From the IMG/VR virus record IMGVR_UViG_3300007735_001031, positions 1-64,000 of that record: a DNA stretch of 64,000 nucleotides; one strand, 5' to 3'. Below, piece after piece: positions 15,122 through 23,386 of this stretch (within the stretch, counting starts at the first letter, position 1; every line of letters begins with the position of its first letter). The translations under genes and the position numbers were made by a program. The notes beneath the pieces are model-generated. The model was not told the DNA's origin, searched no databases, and saw only the letters and a list, made by a program, of their open reading frames with translations. This stretch comes from a virus.

Positions 15122-15784
15122 TTATTCAAATTCCTTAATTGCCTTTTTAAGCTTTTTCAATTCATCTTTCAAAGAGGAAATTGATTCAGAAAATTCTTTA
15201 TCTTCTTCAAGACCAACAAACTTTAAGAAATTAGATTCCAAGCTTTCAAACTCTTTGTTTGTTTCATCAATTAAAGATTGAACTTCTTTTGATTTAGCAT
15301 CACATTTGGTTTGTTCTTCTTTCTTCTTTTCTTCCCGCTTTTGTTGATCTTGAGATTTATGATCCTGTTTGGGAGATTTAGATTTTGATCTTAACTTTTT
15401 CAAATGTCCTGCCTTTGATAGAGCAGAAACCCCTGTTGCTACTACTGCGGTTGTAGCCGCAACGGCAATCGTAGCAACGACAGCAGTTTCTGTATTGAGA
15501 ACTGGCTTATCAACTTCTTTCGGAGGAATAGCAATAAGCGTTGAACTTTCTGATAGAGGAACAGAAACAGGTGGAGTTGTAGCAGTTTGATCTGTCGGAG
15601 TTTCTACCGCTGGTGGAGCCACTATGGTATCCTCCTGGGGTAGGGGTATGGTCTTATCCTCCACCTGTTTCTTTTCTGGAATAGGATGATGTTTAACCAC
15701 TTTCTTCTTCACAGAAGGTTGTGGTTTTTTCTCTTCATCCTTTTCTTCTTCACCATATTCAAAAGAGAAAGGATTATTACTCAT
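15122..15784 (-). CDS. Pro-rich membrane-anchored coiled-coil protein
   Basis: ORF track; central hydrophobic segment. Confidence 0.7.
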   Translation of the reverse strand: MSNNPFSFEYGEEEKDEEKKPQPSVKKKVVKHHPIPEKKQVEDKTIPLPQEDTIVAPPAVETPTDQTATTPPVSVPLSESSTLIAIPPKEVDKPVLNTETAVVATIAVAATTAVVATGVSALSKAGHLKKLRSKSKSPKQDHKSQDQQKREEKKKEEQTKCDAKSKEVQSLIDETNKEFESLESNFLKFVGLEEDKEFSESISSLKDELKKLKKAIKEFE

Positions 15785-16283
15785 CGTCGGAATCCTTTAC
15801 TCTTTTTTTCTTGCTCTTTCTTTCTCTTTCTTCTTGTTCTTCAATCTCTTCTTGGATCTTCTTAACTTTCTTCTTTAACTTCTTTACGCCTTCATCAAGA
15901 GCGGAAACTTCTTGTTTTTGCTTCTCAACAATCTCTTTTGAAGCTTTCTCTGTTTCGGCTGCCTTGTGGTTAATTTCATTAAGCTTTGCTTTGAGGGCTG
16001 AAACTTGAGAACCTAATTCCTCTTGTTTGGCTACGCACTGTTCGTGTCCTGTGGCTGAACTTAATTTAATCTCAGCCATCTTTTCTTCATGCTTTTGTTC
16101 TTGTTTTTGTTTTAACCAGTCCCAAACTTTCTTGCCGCCTAAAATACCAACAGCGCCCAAAGCAAGCATAACCACTGGGTTTCCGTTGCTAAGATGCGCT
16201 ATTTGATTAATATCGATATTTCCGTCTGCGACGGCACTTGAAACTGAATGTGCTAAATCAACTTGAGCTAATAAATTTATCAT
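15777..16283 (-). CDS. membrane-anchored coiled-coil protein
   Basis: ORF track; GGAGG SD; TM segment followed by coiled coil. Confidence 0.7.
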   Translation of the reverse strand: MINLLAQVDLAHSVSSAVADGNIDINQIAHLSNGNPVVMLALGAVGILGGKKVWDWLKQKQEQKHEEKMAEIKLSSATGHEQCVAKQEELGSQVSALKAKLNEINHKAAETEKASKEIVEKQKQEVSALDEGVKKLKKKVKKIQEEIEEQEERERKSKKKRVKDSDDE

Positions 16284-16374
16284 ACATGAGTCCCTCCATG
16301 GTAAAAAAGTATGTATAATAAGTAGTTTGCAACATTCAGTTTTTCGGCCTTTGAGGTTTCATCCACATACCTAA

Positions 16375-16462
16375 ACTCCCACGAACTATGAGGGATTTGA
16401 ACCCACATGACGCCTTCCCCTAGTGGGCAAGCGGTTCTACCACTTTGAATTAATAGGGGAGT
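16375..16462 (-). pseudogene. aberrant tRNA-like element with expanded anticodon arm (CTA at apex)
   Basis: D-arm TTCAAAGTGGTAGAA and T-arm GGGTTCAAATCCC present; acceptor broken; outer ACTCCC/GGGAGT stem. Confidence 0.55.
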
Positions 16463-16593
16463 CATGCTTCTAAATGTTGCGTAAAGTATCCAGGATTGCG
16501 GCTAAAACTATACATAACCTATCATACTAACACAAGCCATTTTCAGCTCTCGATCTTCAAATGTTCGATTGTCTAGTATAACTACTTCTGGAT

Positions 16594-16669
16594 TGGTGCC
16601 GCCAGAGGGAGTCGAACCCCCGACCACATGATTACAAATCAAGTGCTCTACCAACTGAGCTATGACGGC
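16594..16669 (-). tRNA. tRNA-Thr(TGT)
   Basis: cloverleaf, TGA-TTTGTAA-TCA, encoded CCA. Confidence 0.93.
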
Positions 16670-16678
16670 TTCTTTTAC

Positions 16679-16879
16679 TCATAGGTCTAGCATAGCAGAC
16701 CCATATTTCTCGCGCAAGTTATCAAAGAATTGTTTTGAGGCGAGAATGATTTTATCTGTATTCAATTTCTTCTTTGCTTTTAGTGTTAATAACTGACCAG
16801 CAAACAAAGACATATCAGCCCAACGCGGGGACAAGATATAATATTTCTCACCATCAAAAATATACTCTATAGTTGTCAT
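16679..16879 (-). CDS. hypothetical protein
   Basis: ORF track. Confidence 0.55.
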   Translation of the reverse strand: MTTIEYIFDGEKYYILSPRWADMSLFAGQLLTLKAKKKLNTDKIILASKQFFDNLREKYGSAMLDL

Positions 16880-16899
16880 CTTTTTAAGTAGTTATTTTC

Positions 16900-16988
16900 T
16901 GGCGGAAACGACAGGATTTGAACCTGTGGAACCAAAAAGGTTCGGCGGTTTAGCAAACCGCTGCTTTCGGCCACTCAGCCACGTTTCC
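16900..16988 (-). tRNA. tRNA-Ser(GCT)
   Basis: long variable arm, GCGGT-TTGCTAA-ACCGC, G73, CCA. Confidence 0.95.
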
Positions 16989-16989
16989 A

Positions 16990-17682
16990 TTATCTTAACG
17001 CTTCTGTCATCCTTATCGCTGAGTTCCCAACCTTACCATGATACCAAGGAGAAGTCAAGGGGTGGATCTCCAACAATAAGTTCTTTGACTTCTCAATTCT
17101 TTTTACTGAGGTTTGCGTTCCAGTTCCTTTTAAATACCAAATTTCAGTTCTAATTGGTTGCTTATTCAAACAGCTATTCCAAGCTTTATCTAGCCAATCA
17201 CCATAAGAAGCATCAGACCAAACAACCCAAGTTGGGTTTAGATTACAAAGACCACCAGTTTTCGCTGCTTCTGCTATTGCTTTACCGCCGCGAGAGTGTC
17301 CGACAATAACTAGATTTATTCTCTTATTTGTTTCTGGAACAACTTTTAATGCTGCTCTTACAAACTTTTCAAAGGAATCTTTTTGAGTCCAAGCATGTTG
17401 CCCATGCGGCTCAATAAGTCTTGTGCTCCAAGGTAATTCTGGATGAATCCATGTAAAAGATTTCTTCTCTTGAACTAGCCATTTAATAGATGGTGCCGTT
17501 CTTTCTTCAAATTCATCTTTATCAAAACCATTCATTCCATGAAACCAAACAATAATATTATGTTGTTTAGCCTCTGGAACTTCGTGATGAACTAGAACCA
17601 CTCCTCTATAATCATTCTCGACCATGGAACCAGTCCAAGTCCATAAGTGAAGAGGTAATAATAATTTTAATAATATACTCAC
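16990..17682 (-). CDS. alpha/beta-hydrolase with N-terminal signal
   Basis: WFHG and GHSRGG nucleophile elbow. Confidence 0.75.
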   Translation of the reverse strand: MSILLKLLLPLHLWTWTGSMVENDYRGVVLVHHEVPEAKQHNIIVWFHGMNGFDKDEFEERTAPSIKWLVQEKKSFTWIHPELPWSTRLIEPHGQHAWTQKDSFEKFVRAALKVVPETNKRINLVIVGHSRGGKAIAEAAKTGGLCNLNPTWVVWSDASYGDWLDKAWNSCLNKQPIRTEIWYLKGTGTQTSVKRIEKSKNLLLEIHPLTSPWYHGKVGNSAIRMTEALR

Positions 17683-17888
17683 TTTTCTCTTTTAGCTCTA
17701 ATTGAATTTAGCCAATCTGATGTAGAATCCAAATCAAATGGCTTAGGAATTGGTAGGAAAGGAAATACGGCATGAAGAAAATAAATTATTGCTGACATTC
17801 CAAGCCTGTAAGTTCCCTTCCAAGCAATAAGCAAATGCTCTAAATATGTTTCTCCAACTGAATGTGGATGCTTTGTAAAAGGATTCAT
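17679..17888 (-). CDS. DUF6356-like protein
   Basis: NPFTKHPHSVGETYLEH...HAVFPF. Confidence 0.75.
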   Translation of the reverse strand: MNPFTKHPHSVGETYLEHLLIAWKGTYRLGMSAIIYFLHAVFPFLPIPKPFDLDSTSDWLNSIRAKREK

Positions 17889-17900
17889 TTTATTCTCCTT

Positions 17901-17989
17901 TGGCGGAAGCTAAGAGATTCGAACTCCTGGATGCTTTTAACATCGACGGTTTTCTAGACCGTTGCCATAAACCACTCGGCCAAACTTCC
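17901..17989 (-). tRNA. tRNA-Ser(AGA)
   Basis: ACGGT-CTAGAAA-ACCGT, long variable arm, G73, CCA. Confidence 0.92.
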
Positions 17990-17997
17990 GTTGTTAT

Positions 17998-18261
17998 TTA
18001 CTTTTCGTGGAAATCAACTGATTCGATTGCTACCAAAGTGATGGGAGTTGATGGATCCAATAAGCCCTGAGCTGTTCTATAAACTGAAGTTCCATTCTCT
18101 CCAAGTTCAACAACTTTATAACAACCTGGATTTGCTTCATCTGGAAAATCCACTAGAATTACCAACTTATTACCCAATCTGGATGGGATCATAAAACAAT
18201 CTCCAACTGCCGCATCAGATAGAACTTTTGGGCTTGAAGGTGTAACGTTATTAATATGCAT
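17998..18261 (-). CDS. hypothetical protein
   Basis: ORF track; AGGAG SD. Confidence 0.7.
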   Translation of the reverse strand: MHINNVTPSSPKVLSDAAVGDCFMIPSRLGNKLVILVDFPDEANPGCYKVVELGENGTSVYRTAQGLLDPSTPITLVAIESVDFHEK

Positions 18262-18291
18262 ATTAAATGTCTCCTATGACATAATAAGTAG

Positions 18292-18375
18292 TGGAGGAAG
18301 AGAGATTCGAACTCCCTAGCCGACAAAGGAACAGATTTACAGTCTGCCGCAACCCGCCATCGTTGCCGTTCCTCC
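18292..18375 (-). tRNA. tRNA-Tyr(GTA)
   Basis: GCAGA-CTGTAAA-TCTGT, long variable arm. Confidence 0.9.
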
Positions 18376-18384
18376 AATATTTAG

Positions 18385-18469
18385 TGCTCCCGGTGAGAAT
18401 CGAACTCACAAGACCCAAAGGGTCGGCAGATTTTAAGTCTGCTGCGTCTACCTGTTTCGCCACAAGAGC
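18385..18469 (-). tRNA. tRNA-Leu(TAA)
   Basis: GCAGA-CTTAAAA-TCTGC, long variable arm. Confidence 0.95.
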
Positions 18470-18481
18470 ATTAACTTTCAG

Positions 18482-18561
18482 TGCGTCGGGAGAGACTTGA
18501 ACTCTCACTCCAAAGGAAGCGGATTTTGAGTCCGCCGCGTCTACCATTCCACCACCAACGC
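18482..18561 (-). tRNA. tRNA-Leu(CAA)
   Basis: GCGGA-CTCAAAA-TCCGC, variable arm. Confidence 0.93.
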
Positions 18562-18569
18562 ATGTGAAC

Positions 18570-18598
18570 AGTATAGCTGGTCTTTAATTAGCTGTCAA
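18570..18598 (-). promoter_or_regulatory. sigma70-type promoter with TAATTA spacer box
   Basis: TTGACA-GCTAATTA..-TATACT. Confidence 0.85.
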
Positions 18599-18602
18599 GT
18601 CA

Positions 18603-19484
18603 TTATTTAACGTTTGCAATTATTGCAGACAACTGCGAAAAACTTAACCTTTTTCTATACTTTCCAGACTTCATCATAGACTTAAATGATGTTAGATAAA
18701 AATCATTAGTAGAGCGTCTCCAGTCTGAAATAAATTCGTTTATTTTTTGACAATCTAACTGTTTTTCCGAGAAAAATAGAGCATAATTTCTAGAAGTATT
18801 TTTTAAGAATTTTTTTCTATCAAAAGAATCATCAACTTCAGAGATGCTCAGATTTTCTTTATCTGTTCTATCAATTGCCGATAAGACATAATTTCCATGT
18901 GCTACATTAAATTTTAATTTTGAATCACCGGAAAGATTGTTCTCTTTAATTTCTTTGCCATTTACAAAGATCTTTGTTTCACATTTATCTGGACCGAAAT
19001 ATGCAACTCCGACTGGATTATCTGTGTCGTCAAACAATTGATAATCTAGCTTATCCCATGCAATTAATCTATCTTGAAATTTATTTAAGCCATAGTATGT
19101 AGATGGAATAATTGCAGCAACGTACTCGCAATTATTCAACATTAATTGAATGCAGTCAAGATAAAGATCTTCGTTTTTCATTGAAACGGATAACTTCAAC
19201 CTGCTGGCACTATTTTTTGCCAAATATGGTGGATTTGTTATGCAAACTTTATAACCAATTGGAAAATTACTTATCGTATCTCTTAATTTAATTGACGGAT
19301 GATTGGGCTCAATATCAAACCCAACCCAGCTTTCTGGAAGAAAATTGAATAGATTGCCTGCCCCAGCGAACGGCTCTAATACTTCAGCCCCTTGCGGGCG
19401 AACAGAGTTCCATAAAGAAAAAGCATCCCCAATAAATGGGTTTTTAGTCGTATAAAATTGACCAAGCTTTTTCTTTTTAGACAT
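18603..19484 (-). CDS. N6-adenine DNA methyltransferase (gamma-type motif order)
   Basis: GQFYT, EPFAGAG (motif I), NPPY (motif IV). Confidence 0.85.
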   Translation of the reverse strand: MSKKKKLGQFYTTKNPFIGDAFSLWNSVRPQGAEVLEPFAGAGNLFNFLPESWVGFDIEPNHPSIKLRDTISNFPIGYKVCITNPPYLAKNSASRLKLSVSMKNEDLYLDCIQLMLNNCEYVAAIIPSTYYGLNKFQDRLIAWDKLDYQLFDDTDNPVGVAYFGPDKCETKIFVNGKEIKENNLSGDSKLKFNVAHGNYVLSAIDRTDKENLSISEVDDSFDRKKFLKNTSRNYALFFSEKQLDCQKINEFISDWRRSTNDFYLTSFKSMMKSGKYRKRLSFSQLSAIIANVK

Positions 19485-20004
19485 TTGCAGTTGCTTCCTT
19501 TAATGGACCAATATAAAACTTTTCTTTTAATTCTTGCGGAATTAAATCATTCATTCTTTGCCAATGTTTAGAAAGTAATTCTCCATCTAGAATGAACAAA
19601 AATTTGTCTACCTTAATTTTATTATCAAGACTTACAGATTTTATACATGCTTTAATATGCCAATAAACTTCCTTGATTGATCTATTCTGAGATCCACCAT
19701 TTTCTGGAATCATTTTAAATGAAACTACACACTCTTTTCCATTTTTGGTGAAAACTCCATCAAAATCTTCAGACCATACGGATGGATCTAGTTCCTGCAT
19801 GGAACTTTTTACAATTTTAATCTCTCCGGAGTCAATATTAACTCTAATATCTTTTTTCTTTTTAATTTGTACACCAAGGTGTTTTTCTAAATAATCTTTT
19901 TGAAATTTTTCATCTTCAGATTTACCTCTTCCATTTGAGATAATTTCCGATCTTAGTTTTTTTGTAAAAATTTTTGGAATTTCTTGTAAAACGTTGTCGC
20001 TCAT
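19477..20004 (-). CDS. putative restriction endonuclease-like protein
   Basis: overlaps MTase; EDFDG...SFK...GGSQ..SIKEV PD-(D/E)xK-like arrangement. Confidence 0.5.
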   Translation of the reverse strand: MSDNVLQEIPKIFTKKLRSEIISNGRGKSEDEKFQKDYLEKHLGVQIKKKKDIRVNIDSGEIKIVKSSMQELDPSVWSEDFDGVFTKNGKECVVSFKMIPENGGSQNRSIKEVYWHIKACIKSVSLDNKIKVDKFLFILDGELLSKHWQRMNDLIPQELKEKFYIGPLKEATANV

Positions 20005-20005
20005 T

Positions 20006-20383
20006 TTATTCTTCCCTCATAATTACCTGACTCAAATCAACTCTTTCACCATCTGCATCCCAGCAGCCCCAAAAGTCATGATTGAAGAGATAAAAATATT
20101 CAGCCCAAGAATCTCTGCCCGCTCTCATAAAGATTTCAAATGAAGAATAAGTATCGGCGTCAACACCAGTTTCTCCACGATCTTTATAAAAGACACACTC
20201 ATTTAGAGTATGGTCAATAGTACTCATATCGCCACCAGCAAGTAAAGAATCTACCTGCGCTTCAGTGATATAACTATCAATTAGAATCTTACCAACATGA
20301 CCGGGATATCCGTCAAAATGGCAATAGATTGCAGTAATAGTATCATCCTTGTTGATCTTACCAATAAAACTACGAGTTGCCAT
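20006..20383 (-). CDS. conserved phage protein (TRS..IYCHxDGYP)
   Basis: recognisable motif. Confidence 0.8.
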   Translation of the reverse strand: MATRSFIGKINKDDTITAIYCHFDGYPGHVGKILIDSYITEAQVDSLLAGGDMSTIDHTLNECVFYKDRGETGVDADTYSSFEIFMRAGRDSWAEYFYLFNHDFWGCWDADGERVDLSQVIMREE

Positions 20384-20391
20384 TTTATTTC

Positions 20392-20679
20392 CTAAACGGT
20401 GAAGGAGTCAAGTCTGTGTTTAATAAATGCGAGGAAAATTACTGTTCCAAAAGTATATCCAAATCCTTCGAACATCGCAAGCTTTAATTTCTCTTTAATT
20501 GTTTTTTCTTCTACAATCAAGAGAATTGGAACCATGCTAACGAAAGGATAGGTTAAGTTAGAAAAAATAGCAACTGGATAGGAATTATGGTTTGCCGCAT
20601 AAGCGCACATATTGAACCAAAATTCAACCAAGACCGCTGAAACAAAGGCGATGAAATATTTATGTTTTATCCAATTCAT
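20392..20679 (-). CDS. small multi-pass membrane protein
   Basis: three hydrophobic segments; start MNWIKH. Confidence 0.7.
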   Translation of the reverse strand: MNWIKHKYFIAFVSAVLVEFWFNMCAYAANHNSYPVAIFSNLTYPFVSMVPILLIVEEKTIKEKLKLAMFEGFGYTFGTVIFLAFIKHRLDSFTV

Positions 20680-20680
20680 T

Positions 20681-20768
20681 TGGTCCGCGCTGGAGGAGTT
20701 GAACCTCGACGGCACCGCCACTCAAGTTTAACCAAAGGTTTATAAGACCCCCGAGTGGAGCAGCGCGG
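20681..20768 (-). tRNA. non-canonical tRNA-like RNA, anticodon TAT, 8/4 fold, no D-arm
   Basis: CCGCGCTG/CAGCGCGG + ACCA; GAGG-TTCAACT-CCTC; GGGGT-CTTATAA-ACCTT; CCACTC/GAGTGG. Confidence 0.75.
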
Positions 20769-20780
20769 CTTGATAGAGAC

Positions 20781-20809
20781 AGTGTAGCCCGTCTCTATTT
20801 GGCTGTCAA
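20781..20809 (-). promoter_or_regulatory. sigma70-type promoter
   Basis: TTGACA-17-TACACT. Confidence 0.85.
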
Positions 20810-20815
20810 GCCTGG

Positions 20816-21130
20816 TTAATATTGACAGGCAACTTCACTTCCATGAAAACTTGAATCATTGGGGTCTTTAATCTTAACCGAAAGTAATGGCTTGATTGAC
20901 TTAAAGAACTCAAACGACTTCTCCGCAACTTCCTTCGCTTGTTCTTCGCTCGGGCAGGCAAGATCAAAGGCGTTCCAGTAAGTATCGCCCTCGATATGAA
21001 CATTTACAGAAAACCAATCTTCTTTCTTCTCGCCTCTTGATTTAATCTCTTGAACCTTTACATGAATACCAGATTCTTCGTCGATAAATTCAAGATCAAT
21101 TTCTTTTCTCTCTCTTGGTTTAAGTTCCAT
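20816..21130 (-). CDS. hypothetical protein
   Basis: ORF track; AGGAG SD. Confidence 0.7.
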   Translation of the reverse strand: MELKPRERKEIDLEFIDEESGIHVKVQEIKSRGEKKEDWFSVNVHIEGDTYWNAFDLACPSEEQAKEVAEKSFEFFKSIKPLLSVKIKDPNDSSFHGSEVACQY

Positions 21131-21139
21131 TATTATCTC

Positions 21140-21535
21140 CTATGCTGCATGGCCAGCAAAAATATACTTCTCATATCCGCCGTTATCTTGAAGCCACTTC
21201 TCCACAATCTGCTTGTCAGCTTCTTCAAGACGACCAATCATATAATCATATTCCTTCTTTGTCAAGCGCATCTTATGATTATTCTTAACAAGAGAATACT
21301 TGAAATATCCATCAATTCTTTCGATAACAGCATTAGCCGTCTTTGATTGTCTTTCCTTATCCATCATCATAGTTTCATACTCTCGCATTCTCTTCTGAAC
21401 ATGAATCTTACATAGATCCTCGAGTTCATTAAAAAGTTGCTCGTCGCAGATATTTGATAGGTGTTGCTTCAATACATCACGGGCAAGCGATGAAATAAAG
21501 TTTGTATTATTCAGCACCAGATTCGCGTTTCCCAT
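21140..21535 (-). CDS. hypothetical protein
   Basis: 3' part of track ORF; start MGNAN. Confidence 0.6.
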   Translation of the reverse strand: MGNANLVLNNTNFISSLARDVLKQHLSNICDEQLFNELEDLCKIHVQKRMREYETMMMDKERQSKTANAVIERIDGYFKYSLVKNNHKMRLTKKEYDYMIGRLEEADKQIVEKWLQDNGGYEKYIFAGHAA

Positions 21536-21899
21536 TTTCATATCCTTCATCATATCCTTCTTTGCGCCCTTCTTCTTTTCCATCTTCCCAGCCACGATCA
21601 TAACCAGAATCACGACCTTCGCTTGCTCCTTCCTGATATCCATTATCATACGCATCTTCGCGCTCTGATTCAATAATGCTATCGATGGTTTCTTCAAACT
21701 CTATTACATGATAGATTCTAGCATCGGGAAAATCTTTATCCGGGTTTTTATGTTTCCACTCAACCTTAGCCTCGTAATTCAATTGCTCAGCATAAGCAGC
21801 AGCAATATCATAATCGGTAAATACCTTTTTAATATCATTAAATGGACTTGCGATGTATCCATTACGGACAAAGTATAGATCCTTAAAATCATAAAGCAT
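21507..21899 (-). CDS. hypothetical protein with GxxxG (Yae1/FliH-like) repeats
   Basis: GYQEG..GYDRG..GYDEGYENG. Confidence 0.7.
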   Translation of the reverse strand: MLYDFKDLYFVRNGYIASPFNDIKKVFTDYDIAAAYAEQLNYEAKVEWKHKNPDKDFPDARIYHVIEFEETIDSIIESEREDAYDNGYQEGASEGRDSGYDRGWEDGKEEGRKEGYDEGYENGKRESGAE

Positions 21900-22040
21900 T
21901 TAATACCAGCAATCTTGTAGGAGTATTGTTCTTGTTTGAAGCTGTTTGGGAAGCATTCTTTTCCCTCTCCAGCAATAATACATCATCTTGTGTCTTGAAT
22001 GATAATAAACTCTAAAGGTTATTGTTTTTACCTTTGGCAT
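21900..22040 (-). CDS. 46-aa micro-protein, probable xLxV...W family member
   Basis: MPKVKTITFRVYYHSRHKMMYYCWRG...; ATG overlaps the tRNA-Ala 3' end. Confidence 0.45.
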   Translation of the reverse strand: MPKVKTITFRVYYHSRHKMMYYCWRGKRMLPKQLQTRTILLQDCWY

Positions 22041-22113
22041 GGTGGACAGTGAGGGAATCGAACCCTCGATCTCGGCTTGCAAAGCCGATGTTATCCCGTT
22101 TAACTAACCGCCC
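22040..22113 (-). tRNA. tRNA-Ala(TGC)
   Basis: G3-U70, TCGGC-TTTGCAA-GCCGA, CCA. Confidence 0.92.
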
Positions 22114-22117
22114 TTTA

Positions 22118-22194
22118 TGGTCGGCGTTGAGGGATTTGAACCCCCGACAGCTTGCTCCCAAAGCAAGTGCGCTACCAGACTGCGCTAAACGCCG
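22118..22194 (-). tRNA. tRNA-Pro(TGG)
   Basis: CTTGC-TTTGGGA-GCAAG, CCA. Confidence 0.95.
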
Positions 22195-22202
22195 TTATGT
22201 TT

Positions 22203-22277
22203 TGGAGCGGGTAATGGGATTCGAACCCATGACGAACAGCTTGGAAGGCTGACACTCTACCCCTGAGTTATACCCGC
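22203..22277 (-). tRNA. tRNA-Gly(TCC)
   Basis: CAGC-CTTCCAA-GCTG, U73, CCA. Confidence 0.95.
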
Positions 22278-22290
22278 ATACCATGAGACT

Positions 22291-22319
22291 AGCATAACTA
22301 GTCTCTGGTTTTAAGTCAA
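22291..22319 (-). promoter_or_regulatory. sigma70-type promoter
   Basis: TTGACT-17-TATGCT; GAGACTAG/CTAGTCTC inverted repeat around the -10. Confidence 0.75.
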
Positions 22320-22328
22320 GTCCAAAAA

Positions 22329-22718
22329 TTAATCCCACCAATTACGCATATTATTCTTCAGATAATCAAAGGCTCTGTTCCAGCGATCTTCTTCAATCTC
22401 AACAGCGCAAGCAGAAATCTTTCTCGCATCTTCTCTATCATCAGAGAAAACAGAAAGACCAAGTTCCTTTTCCGCAACCTCAATACTATTTTCGTGTTCG
22501 TTCATCAGAGCGAGATAAATATCAATCTGTCCCGCAGATTCGATAGAACGATCCATCATCGCATCATCGCTTCTCATATATTCCGCAGTAAGTTCAAGAG
22601 AACGATTAAGCATCTTGAGATTGCAACCATAATCATAACGGCGGAAATCCCATAGTTGCTTACGGAAAGCCCACAGGTTCTTGATGAAATGCTTGATACT
22701 GCGGAAGAACTGGAACAT
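22329..22718 (-). CDS. conserved phage protein (C-terminal WWD)
   Basis: ORF track. Confidence 0.75.
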   Translation of the reverse strand: MFQFFRSIKHFIKNLWAFRKQLWDFRRYDYGCNLKMLNRSLELTAEYMRSDDAMMDRSIESAGQIDIYLALMNEHENSIEVAEKELGLSVFSDDREDARKISACAVEIEEDRWNRAFDYLKNNMRNWWD

Positions 22719-22719
22719 T

Positions 22720-22833
22720 TTATAACTCCGTACAACTTCTTTTGGTTATATAGAACATGATTCCATCACTGCTTACAAACCAATCTTGATATAATCTACC
22801 ATTATTTACATGCGTTCGTAGTTGAATTACCAC
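22720..22833 (-). CDS. 37-aa micro-protein of the xLxV...W family
   Basis: GTG start: MVIQLRTHVNNGRLYQDWFVSSDGIMFYITKRSCTEL. Confidence 0.45.
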   Translation of the reverse strand: MVIQLRTHVNNGRLYQDWFVSSDGIMFYITKRSCTEL

Positions 22834-23090
22834 GGCAGATCATCTTGTTCTTGATTAAGCCAGGGGGTAATAATCTTACCTTCTTCCATGCAGCGCTTTA
22901 GGAACGAGTCAATACCTACACCAACTTCTCCACCAACCTCGCCCCAATCAGAAACCTTGCCTTCCGCATCGCACTTGAATACGAGGGTTTCAACTGGCTG
23001 GACGAAATCGGAACTCTGTGAAATAAGATAGTTCTTACCTTCCTGCTCCACAATCGTCTGCCGATAATCAATATGCTTAACAATCTTCAT
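22827..23090 (-). CDS. hypothetical protein
   Basis: start MKIVKH after GAGGAG. Confidence 0.65.
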   Translation of the reverse strand: MKIVKHIDYRQTIVEQEGKNYLISQSSDFVQPVETLVFKCDAEGKVSDWGEVGGEVGVGIDSFLKRCMEEGKIITPWLNQEQDDLPW

Positions 23091-23385
23091 TTGAAATAAT
23101 CTCCTCTCCGTTTTGAACTTTAAATACTTGGAACATAGCGATTTCTTCGCTGTTGAAATCGTTGGTGCGAACAGACATAACCACATCATAATAGATGAAA
23201 TCGCCTTCACGAATGTTCGTAACCACGCCACAACGATCAAGTCCGTTTGGATCAAACCAAATCATCGAACCAATCTGAACATGCTTCGGATCAACGAACT
23301 TCCACGGCTCGTCGTCAAGAAAATATTGACGCTCGCCAGTTTCTTCGTTCTCCATAATCTTGTATGTAATATCCTTGGGATCCAT
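23077..23385 (-). CDS. hypothetical protein
   Basis: ORF track. Confidence 0.7.
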   Translation of the reverse strand: MDPKDITYKIMENEETGERQYFLDDEPWKFVDPKHVQIGSMIWFDPNGLDRCGVVTNIREGDFIYYDVVMSVRTNDFNSEEIAMFQVFKVQNGEEIISNEDC

Positions 23386-23386
23386 T

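Noticed and set aside
18189-18547. Track ORFs overlapping tRNA clusters (also 2564-2863, 16280-16465, 22022-22252)
   Set aside because: They are spurious translations of tRNA genes.
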